The notes beneath the pieces are model-generated. The model did not search any database and was not told the DNA's origin. It saw only the letters and a list, made by a program, of their open reading frames with translations. A program made the position numbers and the translations under genes. DNA of 64,000 nucleotides from the NCBI RefSeq assembly GCF_018350175.1, contig NC_058382.1, positions 8,742,001-8,806,000 on the forward strand. Reading direction: 5' to 3'. Within the stretch, counting starts at the first letter, position 1; the number at the start of each line of letters is the position of its first letter. The DNA comes from Felis catus (Eukaryota). Below, piece after piece: positions 38,470-50,302 of the stretch.

Positions 38470-40656
38470 CTGCCCGAATAGGGACGAGACACTGGTCAGG
38501 CTGGGAGCCTGGGAGGGGGCACACTGGGCGGCCTCATCCTTTCTCTGCCCTCTCTGGAACCTTCTACCAGCTTTTGGATGCCTGGAAAGCTTATAGACCC
38601 ATACCTGCCCCCAGAGCCTCCGACATAAAATCCCAACCCCTCAGCCTGGCATTTGAGGCCATGCCCACCTCTGTAGCCCCATCTCCCGTCATCCATCAAA
38701 TCGCACTTGCTTCCAGCCACACTAACAGGGCATTGGCGCCTACACTCAAGGCTCCTTCCCACCTCTTGGCCTTTGCACATGCTGGTTGGTCCCTCTGCCT
38801 AGGATTCTCTTCTGCCACCACTTTTCAAGTCTAAGCAGATCCTCACTGCTCTTCACAATTCAAAGGGCGGGGGGCGCCTGGGTGGCTCAGTCGGTGAAGC
38901 ATCCGACTTCAGCTCAGGTTATGAACTCATGACTCGTGAGTTCGAGCCCCCTGTCGGGCTCCGTGCTGACAGCTCAGGGCCTGGAGCCTGCTTCGGATTC
39001 TGTGTCGCCCTCTCTCTCTGCCCCTCCCCCACGCACGCTGTCTCTCTCTCTCAAATAAATAAATAAATAAACAAACTTAAAAACAAACAAACAAAAACCC
39101 TCAAAGCAGATGGCACCTCCCTTGGAAAGAACCCCCCCCACTAATTCCCTGCCCCCCAACACACACACCCCTGAATAGGGTGCCTTCCCTGAGCCCCCTC
39201 TACTGTCGCTGCAGATTATGTCTGTTTCCCAGAGTCGACCCCACCCCTCTCCGCTCAAGGCCCCCAAGCCTCCCCAGTGCCCACAGGACAGAATCCCTGT
39301 CTCAATAAAATCTCAATTTATTGAGAGAGACAGAGTGCAACTGGGGGAGAGGGGCAGAGAGGGAGGGAGACCCAGAATCCCACGCAGGCTCCGAGCTGTC
39401 AGCACAGAGCTCGACACGGGGCTCGGACCCACAAATCCTGAGATCGTGACTTGAGCTGAGGTCGGACGCTTCACCGACTGAGCCACCCGGGCGTCCCCGA
39501 CTACTTCATTTGTACACACAGTTCCCACTGTCTGAAATGCCACCGCCCCACCCCCCCACCGCAACTCTACACCACAGACCTTCCCACTGAGACTTTATAC
39601 CTCACTTGGGGGCATCCATTTTCTAGAAACCATCTCTCACTTGTCAGACTGGCCTTGGCCCTCCCTGAGGCCTCCCCAGCACCCTCTACCATCTGTCATT
39701 GCTCAGCCCGCTTTCTCAGTCACTCGAGACTCACACGGTCTCTCCAGCCCGCCTGGGGCGTGGCCCTCGAGAGGCAGCAGTGACAGTCATATTAACCTCA
39801 GCCAGTGAAGCATCTACTATGGGTCAAGCCGTGTGCTGGACTCCTTGGGTCTGTCCCCTAATCCTGCCTACAACCTCATTTTACAGCTGGGTAAACTGAG
39901 GCCCGGGCGGAGACACCACTTGTCCCAGGGCTCTCAAACAGTGACTGGTACCAGATCATGTCTCTCCACATCCTTTTCCTGCTCTGGACCTCAACACTGG
40001 AGCGGAGAGGCGCCTGGGTGGCTCAGTCGGTCATGCGTCCGACTCTTGGCGTCGGCTCAGGTCATGATCTCACGGTTTCATGAATTCGCGCCCCACGTTC
40101 GGCTCTGCGTGGACCCCACGGAGCCTGCCTGGGATTCCGTCTCCCTCTCTCTCTCTGCCCCTCCCCAGCTCGTGCACTCTCTGACTCTCTTAAAATAAAT
40201 AAACTTAAAAAAAAAATGAGGATTACCTCAGTTCCTCGGGAGGCCTTACGCAAGCTAGAGGTGGTGCTAGCTAGTGCCCCCAACATGTCCAGGGTTTGAA
40301 TTCTTCCCGAGCAGAACACACGACACTGAACATTCCGGGGAACCAGCACTCACACGGCAGGTCCAAGGACCGCTACCCCGCATGCCTCAGCCCTTTGTGC
40401 GTCTTACCCTCGGATGATCCTAACCGAGCCCTGTCATGCAGGTTCTAGTTCTAACCCTCGGTTTTACAGACGGGGAAACCGAGGCACCGCGAGGGGCGGT
40501 CACACAGCGTGTAACGGAGCCTGCGCCCTCTGCAACTATGCTTAACCCCACGTTCTGTGGCCCCTTGAGAGAATCCACTCCGTTCCTGGACTCGGTCCTC
40601 CGAGCGTGCACCCTTCCTCCTCTTCCCCGCCCAACCTGGCTCGCGCCCAGCCGCAC

Positions 40657-40764
40657 CTTGATATCCTCGGCGTTGGCAGCCTGCAGCTTCTCGCGGAAAT
40701 GCCCATCTGTCTCCAGCACATTGATGACTTCCTGGAGATACCGATGGTAGTAGAGGCCTGTGTC
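40657..40764 (-). CDS. NUCB1: NUCB1 exon 3
   Basis: [36 protein letters not shown]; 108 nt. Confidence 0.96.
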
Positions 40765-42528
40765 CTAAGGCAACAAGGACGAACATAGCAGCCCAGCCTT
40801 CACCCTTCTCCGGCTCCTCCCTGCAGGTAGGACCCAGGCCCCGCTCCCCTGGGCACCTGCTGAAGGACCCAGAGACACCCTGCTTGGAGCAAGGGGCAGG
40901 CCTGCGCCGTGGCACAGAGGCTCTGGGGCCAGCCGACCCCAGTTCCAATCCCCATCTGCTCTGTAACCCCAGGCAAACGGCCCGATCTTCGGGGCCACGG
41001 CTCTCCTCTCTTCCCAGGCCTGCAGTGGAGACGAAGTGAAAATCACGTGGGTGGATACCCAGCCCCAACACCGAGCACGGAGTGGGTGCTTAGAGTGGAC
41101 ACACCAGTATTTGTTTGCAAGTGAAATATACCCTCGTTCATCATTCATCAAGTGCTCACCGAGCCCCTACCGTGTGCCAGGCACTGGTACAGGGGATATA
41201 GCAACTGAACAAGACAGACAAAAACCGCTAGGCTCCTGGACCCAGACCTGCCCCGTGTAGATGGCCAGCACGCTCTTCTCCCGGGCCACACTCTTCCATT
41301 TTAAAATAGGCAATAAGGGGCACCTGGGTGGCTCACTCGGTTAAGCCTCTGACTTCGGCTCAGGTCATGGTCTTGCCGTTCACGGGTTTGAGCCCCACAT
41401 CTGGCTCTGTGCTGATAGCTCAGAGCCTGGAGCCTGCTTGGGATCTGTCTCCCTCTCTCTCTGCCCCTCCTCTACCGGCGCTCTGTCTCTCTCTCAAAAA
41501 TAAATAAACGTTGAGAATAATAAATAAGATGAACATTAAAAAAAGAGAGAGAGTACCCACCGAAACTCTGAATAATCTACCCCCAGGCTCACTCTGCTCT
41601 GGTCACACTGGCCACCTCCATGCCCTTCTACTTGCTCTGCTCTCCCCACCACACAGCCTTTGCTCAGGCTGTTCCCTCTGCCTGGAATGTTGTTCCCTGC
41701 ACTTCAGATTTCAGCTCGTGACCCTTCCTCCTTGACTACCACACTGATGTCCATTCTCGGGGAGGCCCAATGTCTTCCTGGTCTGTGATGGCCCAGGGCT
41801 TGTGTTAGCACTGTGTCTGGCCCACAGGAGGTGCTCAAGAAACGTGTGCAATGAATGAAGGGAAAGGGAAGTCAAAGGTGCCCTTCTGGGCCTGCAAAGA
41901 TTTCACCAAGCAGAGGCCTAACTCACAAGGTCTGGACTGCCACACAGGAGCACGGGATGATATGTTCCAGAGACAGTAACGTGCTCTTTACTGATAGGTG
42001 CTATGTGCGGATTCAGGCCACAAATCAGGGCACTGGCCTTGAGGATCTTTAAAGTTCCAAATTCCCTAAGAGAGAAGGTTTCCTAGCATTTGATAAACAC
42101 ATGTTGGAATTAACACATGGGCGGTTTACCCGTCCCTTCCCAGGAGCTCCATGAACTGAGAACACCTCAGTTGGCTAACATCACCTGCCCCAGGTGCTAC
42201 TGGGAAATGTAGTTCTTTTTTTCCCTCCATTCCTGCTTGAGAGCAGGGGGGCTTAAAACAACAGAGGTTTAGGTAGGGGGTAATGCAGATTTGCCACTTA
42301 AAATCTGACCTGATTTCCCACACCTCAGGGCCAGGGACTTAGAAATATGCAGTCCCCCCCCCTCCCCAAGTTTTTCACCACGTCAAAGCCCAGGCGACTG
42401 CAAAGAATGTCAGGCAAACTTCAAGCTGCGTCCCTGGGGGAAGTATCCACCCAGGGGCGACGGGGATCCGCGGGAATTGTAGTACCACTTGCAAACACCT
42501 GGCTGGAGAGGAGGGCAGGGCCACTCAC

Positions 42529-42645
42529 GGGGCTCTCGGTCGCAGGGCTCTCCTGCTGGGGCGTCCCCCGCTCCAGGGGCACCGCCAGAACAGCGCGCAG
42601 CAGCAGCAGCGGTAGCAGGACTGCGCGGGGCCCGGAGGAAGGCAT
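42529..42645 (-). CDS. NUCB1: NUCB1 exon 2 coding part (signal peptide); exon extends to 42656
   Basis: MPSSGPRAVLLPLLLLRAVLAVPLERGTPQQESPATESP; 117 nt. Confidence 0.95.
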
Positions 42646-43079
42646 GACGACGTGGCCTGTTGGGGGCAGAGGGGTGGATGTCTGTCCCAAGTCGCCTACT
42701 CCCCTGGACCCAGGAGTCTGGGCCCCCAGCATCCCCCCCCCCCCCCCCGCCATCTAAGAGTCAAGACTCAAAGCGTCTCGTTTCCCGAGACACAGGATTC
42801 CGAACCTCCAGTTCCTCCTTCCTTAGACCCAGGAGTCCTGGCTCCCAGCACCCAGCCTCTTCGCTCAGACTCAGGAATCCGGGATCTCAGTCCCCTTCGC
42901 CAGAACCGAAGGTTCAGAACCACCCCCCGCCCCCCCCGCCCCCCCGCAGCCTCCTCTTCTGTCAGGATCTACAAATACTGGTGCCCAGTCCATCCTCCCC
43001 GAAACCCAGTTTTCCAGCCTTCTGGGCCCCTTCCTACCGCTCCTCCCAGGACCCCATCTGGGACCCCCCAGCCCCTCAC

Positions 43080-43135
43080 CTTTCCCTCACCGCAGAGGGC
43101 GTTTTCCCGGGCTCGGACCTCCGGTGCGTTCGGGT
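43080..43135 (-). other. NUCB1: NUCB1 non-coding exon 1 (5' end approximate)
   Basis: ...GAAAACGCCCTCTGCGGTGAGGGAAAG followed by gtgagg donor; resembles recalled human 5'UTR. Confidence 0.7.
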
Positions 43136-43139
43136 GATT

Positions 43140-43500
43140 TCCCCCCTAGACCACGCCCACTTTCCCGCAGAGGACCCGCCCTCGGCGGCCTGATTGGTCC
43201 GCGCTGGCTTCAGTCCCCTTGGTCCCTGTCTAGGGGCCCGCCCCTTGTGGAAGTCGCTAGCCTGTTCTCGAAAGGCTCTCCTCCTTTCTCGGAAGCTCTT
43301 ACCTCTTGACGCCGCATTTCCTGCCTTTTAGGCGAAAGGAAAGCGGAGGGTTTCAAAGAGAACTACATTTCAAAGAGAACTACAATTCCCTGCAGGCAGG
43401 GGAAAATGAGGCCACTTCCGCGGGCCTCTCGGCCCCTTCGCCTCATGGCTGTTGTAGTTTTCCCATTTATTTTTCCCCCAGGAAGTGGCTGCGAGTTACA
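43140..43500. promoter_or_regulatory. NUCB1/TULP2 head-to-head promoter region
   Basis: CpG-rich; GC boxes, CCAAT at 43193, ACTACAATTCCC (ZNF143-type) at 43379-43390, ETS-like GGAAGT. Confidence 0.75.
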
Positions 43501-43551
43501 GATAGGTCGGTAGCTGTTGGCACAGGTCATATTCTAAGTTTTAGCATATAA

Positions 43552-43554
<3 letters not shown>

Positions 43555-43624
<70 letters not shown>
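43555..43624 (+). repeat. (GA)35 microsatellite
   Basis: Perfect dinucleotide run. Confidence 0.95.
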
Positions 43625-43626
<2 letters not shown>

Positions 43627-44262
43627 CTGCGATGCTGTCTAGGGTCCCTTTAAGGAGCACCTGCATGCCCTTCCAATTCAGAACCCCTGGAGCAGGGTTG
43701 CCCGGCTGCAGCTGGAGGCCAGGGTTCATTGCTTTGTTGGAAGTGGAGTGTGGTGGGCCAGGAGGGAGGGGATTAGGGCAGGTCCCAGTGGGAATCCCCG
43801 TCCCTCCCTCTGAGCCCTCTTTCTTTGCCTGCTTACTTCCCAGAGACCCAGAGAGTAGGTCCCCAGCTAAAAAGAGGGTCAGGTATGTTTAGAAATTGGC
43901 CGGAGAGGCAAGGTATGGAGGCGTGAATGTGAAAAGCTTCTCTGCAGGCAGGAGGAGGGGAATTTCCAGGATTCCAGGCAGGTGGGTGCCGGAGGCCTGG
44001 GGTCGCTGAGGGTCGAGTGTTGGGGGTCCAGGGTCCTAAGTTCCCATGCCTGGGTATAGAAGAGTTAGCTCTTTGGGGGAGATAAAACCAGATTCCTGTG
44101 CCCCTGAAAGTAACGAAAGCTGGAAACAGGCTGCTGGGTCCCTGGAATGCCGGCTGTCTGGGTCCAGGAGAAAATTTAAAGCATAAGATCAGGTGTTGGA
44201 GGGCAGAACATCCACTGGGATGTTGGATCTGTGTCCTGACGCCTCACTCTTGCTTCTCCAGG

Positions 44263-44294
44263 ATGTCTCAGGAGAATGACACATGGACGAAAGA
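44263..44294 (+). CDS. TULP2: TULP2 first coding exon
   Basis: cag|G ATG: MSQENDTWTKE; gtgagt donor; 32 nt. Confidence 0.85.
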
Positions 44295-44688
44295 GTGAGT
44301 GGGGAGAACAGGATGGGGAGAGCAGGGAGGGAAATGGGGGCTCAGGAGGAACTCAGAGTTTGATAATGCCCACGCCCATTTAACTCTGGCTTCTTAACCT
44401 TGTTGGTGGGTCCGGCACCATCAGCCTAGCAGTAAGGGGCAGGGGGCCTGGACTCCTGAGTCCTGACAAGGAAGGGCTCGGGGTCTCTGACTCCTGGATT
44501 CCAGACAGGCCAGTGCTGGGAAAAAAGTTTCAGAACTCTTCTGTGACCTCACAGAGTGCTCAGCACCCTAAGTTGGGCCTGGAGAGGGAAGGGAAGGAGA
44601 GGCTCTTGGACAGTTGGGGGGCGGGGAGGGGAAAAGTGGGGGGAGGTGTTGCCCTGCTGTTGCCACCATGAGCCTGCACCTCTCTCAG

Positions 44689-44740
44689 GTTGCTGGGGGA
44701 TGAGCTGACCGCCATGAGGCTGCAGAAGCTGGAACAGCAG
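44689..44740 (+). CDS. TULP2: TULP2 exon 3
   Basis: LLGDELTAMRLQKLEQQ; conserved tubby-family N-terminal helix; 52 nt. Confidence 0.9.
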
Positions 44741-45135
44741 GTACTATGCGCGGGAGTCCTGCCAGCCCCTCTTCCGTCTTCCATAGCTTCCAGGAACACC
44801 ACCCCCAGGACTTGCTCTGGGACTCCTGGCCCTCTTTGTCTCCCTCCAAGCCTCAAGTCTGCAAGCGGGAAATGAGAAAATAGGAAGTTGGGCTTCTAAA
44901 GAAGCAAACCTTGGTGACGAGAGTCCAAAATTTCTAAAGAACTAAGGTTCTGGAGGGCAGGACTGCTAGGGTCCTGGGGGAAGAGGGGATTGGGTGCGAG
45001 GACTGCTGGATCTGAGGAAGGAGGGACTGAGAGCCTCCCATGCATGCCTCCCCTTGCCCCGGGCCCTCTTTCACCCCCGTCTTCCGGTCTGGTTCCTGGT
45101 CGCCACCCCCTCACCCCCTTTTCCCACTCCTGCAG

Positions 45136-45262
45136 CGGCGGCTTTTTGAGAAGAAGCAGCGGCGGAAGCGCCAAGAGCCCCTCATGGTTCAGGCCAATCC
45201 CGACGCTTCCCTGCGACCCCGGCTACCATGGAGGCGGAAGGAGCGCCTCGCAGGGGACCGCG
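45136..45262 (+). CDS. TULP2: TULP2 exon 4 (IFT-A-binding-like motif)
   Basis: RRLFEKKQRRKRQEPLMVQANPD...GDR; 127 nt. Confidence 0.92.
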
Positions 45263-45853
45263 GTGAGGCAAAGTTCCCAGTGTCGGGCAGGAGCCTAGGC
45301 CTAGAGGGAGGGGTCTGCGGGAATTTGGGACGGGGCCTAAAGGGCTCAGGGTGGAGGGGCGGAATGGAGTCCAGAAGAGCCCAGTGCAGGCCCCTCGGGG
45401 GCCCAGGAGCAGGACCCGTGTGAGCTCAGCGGCGGGATAGCCAGAGCGCGGGGCAGGGCCCGGTACAACTGGAGGGTGGGGCCGGAGAGAATCCTTTGAT
45501 TGGGCTTCTTGGAGCTCTGGGGCGGGGCTTGAAAAGCCCTAGGGACTTGATTCGGGAGCGCCTGAAGGCTGGAATTAACAAAGCCTGGGGGGCGGGGCCT
45601 GGATAATTTAGAGACAAGTCCTGGAGAGACTGAGAGCCCCCAGTGGGATTGTGTGCCCGCGCTGAGTCCGCAACAATTTAGCCGTAGAGCTGTGCTTGCT
45701 TGAGCCTTAGGACGGAGTTAGCGTTCTGAATGGGTCTCAGGGGTTTGGGTGGTCAATCAGAGACAGTGCCTGGGAGTCTGTGAGGAAGCAGCCCTGCTCA
45801 GAGGACGGAAGTTTGTACATCGTGTTAATGGGATGCGCTGCACCTTCTCCCAG

Positions 45854-45991
45854 GCCTTGGGAACCCTTTCCTCCAGGAGAACATGCCAGAGGCACATCTG
45901 TGCTCTGGCCTCCACAGTGCCCTGGGCTTCACGATCTGCCGTGGAGATGGCAGCGGCGAGTGTGACCCACTGGTTTCGCCGACAAAAGCAG
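45854..45991 (+). CDS. TULP2: TULP2 exon 5
   Basis: GLGNPFLQENMPEAHLCSGLHSALGFTICRGDGSGE...; 138 nt. Confidence 0.88.
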
Positions 45992-46241
45992 GTAATCTCG
46001 AGTCCTTGGACCTGCCTATATCCTAGAACTACACTCCCTCAGAATTCAGGACTCTGGAACCTTTCTCTCCAAAGGACCCAGGAGTCCAGCCCACTCTGGG
46101 CTCTGTCATTCCTCACAGCAAGGAGTCTAGGTCCTGAAACTCCTTCTCCTCCAACACTCAGGAATCTGAATCTACAGGCCCCCTCCCCTGCCCAGCCCAG
46201 CCATCCTTGTCTCTAGTCCTTGTCCTTCTCCTGGCTTCCAG

Positions 46242-46358
46242 ACAGTTCCGATCTGGAGTTGGAGGAAGTGTCCATGGAGGATATTCCTGTTTCTCCACCT
46301 CCTTACAAAGAGCCTCCCGGGATTCGCCGCAGGGGTTGGCCAGCCCTCCAACGACCTG
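46242..46358 (+). CDS. TULP2: TULP2 exon 6
   Basis: DSSDLELEEVSMEDIPVSPPPYKEPPGIRRRGWPALQRP; 117 nt, phase-consistent. Confidence 0.82.
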
Positions 46359-46394
46359 GTAATTTCAGGGACACTGGGTGAAATCCTCTTCCCT

Positions 46395-46765
46395 TTTTTG
46401 TAACAGCATTATTGAAATACATTTCACATACCATACAATTCATGCATTTAAAGTTTACCATTCCGTGGTTTTTAGTATATTTACAGAGATGAGCAGCCAT
46501 CGCCACATTCAATTGTAGAACATTATCATTGTCCCAAAAGAAACCCTGTACCTTTTAGCAGTGACACCCCCCTCCCCAACACACACACCTCATTTCTCCA
46601 GCCCTAGGCAAACACTAATCTGCTATCTCTTTAGATCTTCCTATTCTGGACATTTCCTTTAAATAGAATAATATGGTATATGAACTGTGGCTTCTTTTAC
46701 TTAGCATGTTTTTAATGTTCACTTTTGTTGTAGCATTAACAGTACATCATTACTTTTTATTTCTT
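46395..46765 (-). mobile_element. L1MB-like 3' fragment
   Basis: taacagcattattgaaatacatttcacataccatacaattc...ctattctggacatttc. Confidence 0.75.
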
Positions 46766-47389
46766 GATATCGTATGACAATTCCTTCTATTCTTATAGAC
46801 CAATGATTCAATATGACCAATTGATTCGTATGACCAATGATTCAACAACAGGACTCCTTTTGAAAAAAAATTTTAATGTTTGTTTACTTATTTTGAGAGA
46901 GACAGAGAGAGCAGGGAAGGGGCAGAGAAAGAGGGAGGCACAGAATCTGAAGCAGTCTCCAGGCTCTGAGCTGTCAGCAGAGTCCAACGCAGGGCTCCAA
47001 CCCATGAACCTCGAGATCATGACCTGAGCCGAAGTCGGAGGCTTCACTGACTGAGCCACCCAGGTGCCCCAATAACAGAACTTTTAATTATCGTCCCAAA
47101 CTTCATCCCTCCGCTCCATTTTAGCTCCTAGTCTCTCTGATGCGGTCTTTGGGAGAAGGGAAATGGAGGACTTTAACCCCTCTCTATTCTTAGATCCAGG
47201 GATCTAGAGACTTCTCAGCCAGCGTAAGTACCCATGTACATGGGGAGAAGGAAGATCTGGCAAGTGTGAGGAGTCATACAAAGAGGCCAGAAACCCAGGA
47301 TATCTGGCCTTTTCCAGGTGACCTTGTCCCAAGTTCCTGGGACCCGGGTGTCCTGAGCCAGCCTTCTTCTGGCTTCTTCCACCCCTTAG

Positions 47390-47529
47390 GGGCCAGTGCA
47401 CAGGAGGAGAGCAAATTCCAGGATGTTGGAGACGAATATGAGGTACCCAGTCCAGGACCAAACACTGGAATGAATGGTGACGGGGGACATGGAGACTTGT
47501 TAGCAGGAGGGCTAACCTGGGACTCTAGA
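47390..47529 (+). CDS. TULP2: TULP2 exon 7 (3' boundary less certain)
   Basis: GASAQEESKFQDVGDEYEVPSPGPNTGMNGDGGHGDLLAGGLTWDSR then gtgagt; 140 nt keeps frame. Confidence 0.75.
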
Positions 47530-48127
47530 GTGAGTGGGTGTAAAACTCTGCAGCCCAATCAGAGGCCCTTTTTACTGGTGGGCGGAACCTGTTATGATTG
47601 GTCTAGTAGTTTCTCTCTGTGTGTACCATTTATGAAATCAATCTAGAGGATTTAAATTTATGTAAGCACATACATTAAAATCCAGCCCACCAAAAAGTAG
47701 CGAGCTTTGGAGAGAAAGGGTGAAACAGTGATAGGGAAAAGCTAGTTGGCACTCGCTCTGGTATTGATGAAAGTAAGTTAAATAGTTTCAAGTGGGTCGC
47801 TCTGGGCCATATTATGTTATCTAGACCGAATCAACACTGGTTTTAGTCGAAGGGACGGTGCTTTCAAAGGGATTCTCCAAGCGGTAGGTGGAGTGGGCGT
47901 GGCTTCAGCGGGACGTTATTAGTGGTAACCAATGAGGACTTGGCTGGGTGGGCCCCTTGGAGGTACTGGCCAATCAGCAGGTGACCGGGATGTTTGGCCA
48001 ATAGGCAGAAGACATGGTTGAGGGAGGGCGTAACCCTGAGCTGGCGTGGCCAATCAGTAGTTGACAAGCCTGGGGTGGGGGCGGGTCTCAGCTCTGTCCC
48101 CTAACTTGAATTTGGCGCGTGGGCTAG

Positions 48128-48436
48128 GGCAAGCACCCGGAAGAGAAGAAAGAGGAGTCGGAGTCTACAGTGAATTCCTCAGGAGCGGCCGAAGAGGAGG
48201 TGTCGGAGGACCCGGAAGGCGAGAAAGACGCAGGCAGCAGTGATGTAGGAAGCTCGTCCTGCTCGCCTCCCCGCGCCCCAGGCCCTCAACTGGGAGAAGA
48301 CATGGAAGCCTATGTCCTGCGGCCAGCGCTGCGCGGCCGCATAGTGCAGTGCCGCATCAGCCGCGACAAGCGCGGCGTAGACAAGGGCATGTTCCCTTTC
48401 TACCATCTCTACCTGGAGGCGGCCGACGGGCGGAAG
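48128..48436 (+). CDS. TULP2: TULP2 exon 8 (start of tubby domain)
   Basis: GKHPEEKKEESESTVNSS...MEAYVLRPALRGRIVQCRISRDKRGVDKGMFPFYHLYLEAADGRK; 309 nt. Confidence 0.88.
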
Positions 48437-49332
48437 GTGCGGTCTGACAGCCTCTGGAACGAGCTCCACCTCCCAGGGACAAGCCCCGCCCCTTTCTGAG
48501 CCTTGTCGAGACTTAAACGATTCCAGGCCTTGCTCGTCTTTGAGCTAGGACTTGTGAACGCCAACGCCAAGCCCCGCCCTTCGCAGAACTTTCTGTGAAA
48601 GGCTCCTTTCTCAGTGGCCTTAACCAAGCTCATTACTAGGCTTCGTCCCCTCTTGAGATAAGCCTGCCTTTCTCAAAGTCTCAGCCTTGGTCTCAAAGTC
48701 TCTTTGAGTCTCAAAGTCTCAGCCTCCAAAACTCCACCCCTTACATACCCTCTCAAGGTATTGGCCCCATTGTGTTTGGCCCCTCAAAGAGCCTTCTTAT
48801 CTATCAGGCCCCACCCATGCCTGGGATAAACCCGGCCCCCTCGGGAACCAAGCCCCTCCCCCAGAGCCAGACCATGTCCCTCTCAAGCTGGCCAGGTCCC
48901 CCTCAGTGTGGTGGTCTCTCTTCAAAGTACTCTCCCCAAAAGAGGCTATTTCCCTTCTCGGTAGTGCCAGACTTGCTCTTCCCCGGTGAAATGCCTACCA
49001 AAGTCCTGCAGTGTTCCACTTGAGGCTCTTCCCTATTCTCCAAAGCGGCCCAGCCTTGCCACAGTTGGGCTGCCCTCTGCCTGGGCTCAGCCCTGACCCA
49101 AGTCCCAGTTGCGGAACGGATGAGGGGGAGATATTAAGATGTGAAGCACCGCTTCGGGACCTAGCAGATGACTTCGTTCAGAGAGAACTACATCTCCCAG
49201 CAAGGCTTGAGATATTTATTGCTCCATTACCCTCTCCTCTGTCATGGGGACGTGGTGTTTCCTTGTCTTAGACCCCTGACCCTAGCCGGATACCAGAAAT
49301 CAATCCTGATGGGCTGTTTTTCCTATCCACAG

Positions 49333-49445
49333 CACTTCCTCCTGGCTGGACGCAAGAGAAAAAGGAGCAAAACCTCTAATTACCTCATTTCCCTGGACCC
49401 CACAGACCTGTCTCGGGATGGGGACAACTTTGTGGGCAAAGTCAG
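49333..49445 (+). CDS. TULP2: TULP2 exon 9
   Basis: [38 protein letters not shown]; 113 nt. Confidence 0.95.
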
Positions 49446-50077
49446 GTGGGCAGAGCCCTGATATGTGTGAAAAACGGGGGCGGGGGAGGGGCGGCGGCAG
49501 GGGAGAAGGGCAAGTGAACTACATTTCCCAGAAGGCCACAGAGCACAAGTTCCACCTGTTCAAGGACCTTTTGTCTTAGACTGATGGGTTCTGTTATTTC
49601 TTCACGTGGTAGCTCCAGGGTGGTTGGGAATAGGAGAACTAAGGGCTTTGGAGCAGAGGTTGACATTTAGGACAAGTTCTGGGGCTGCCTGGGTGGCTCA
49701 GTCTGTTAGGCCCTCGACTCTTGATTTCGGCTCAGGTCATGATCCCATGGTTGGTGAGATCTAGTGCTGAGTCAGGCTCTGTGCTGACAGTGTGAAGCCT
49801 GCTTGGGATTCTCTCTCTCAAAATAAATAAGTAAACTTAAAAACAAAAAACAAAAAACATTTGACTTCTGGAGAGGCAAGGTGGGGTAGGACTCCTAAGT
49901 TCCTGTGGGAGAGGGCTGTAATGTATGGATGTAATGTAATGCATGCATTCTTGAATCTTTGGGGGAAGAAGGTTCCTAAAAGGCCAAGGCAGGAGGCTAA
50001 AAGTCATGGCTTATCAAAGAAACAAAGGGGCTGGGACTGTGGATACATGGAACACAAAACTTAAATCTCAAGCAGAG

Positions 50078-50302
50078 GGGGGCGCCTGGGTGGCGCAGTC
50101 GGTTAAGCGTCCGACTTCAGCCAGGTCACGATCTCACGGTCCGTGAGTTCGAGCCCCGCGTCGGGCTCTGGGCTGATGGCTCAGAGCCTGGAGCCTGTTT
50201 CCGATTCTGTGTCTCCCTCTCTCTCTGCTCCTCCCCCATTCATGCTCTGTCTCTCTCTGTCCCAAAAATAAATAAATGTTGAAAAAAAAATTAAAAAAAA
50301 AA
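50078..50302 (+). mobile_element. Young felid CAN-SINE with TSD aaatctcaagcagaggg
   Basis: Full-length, TSD on both sides. Confidence 0.9.

Noticed and set aside
47860-47890. Possible TULP2 micro-exon before gtaggt
   Set aside because: No convincing acceptor or frame-preserving length; exons 7 and 8 already join in frame.
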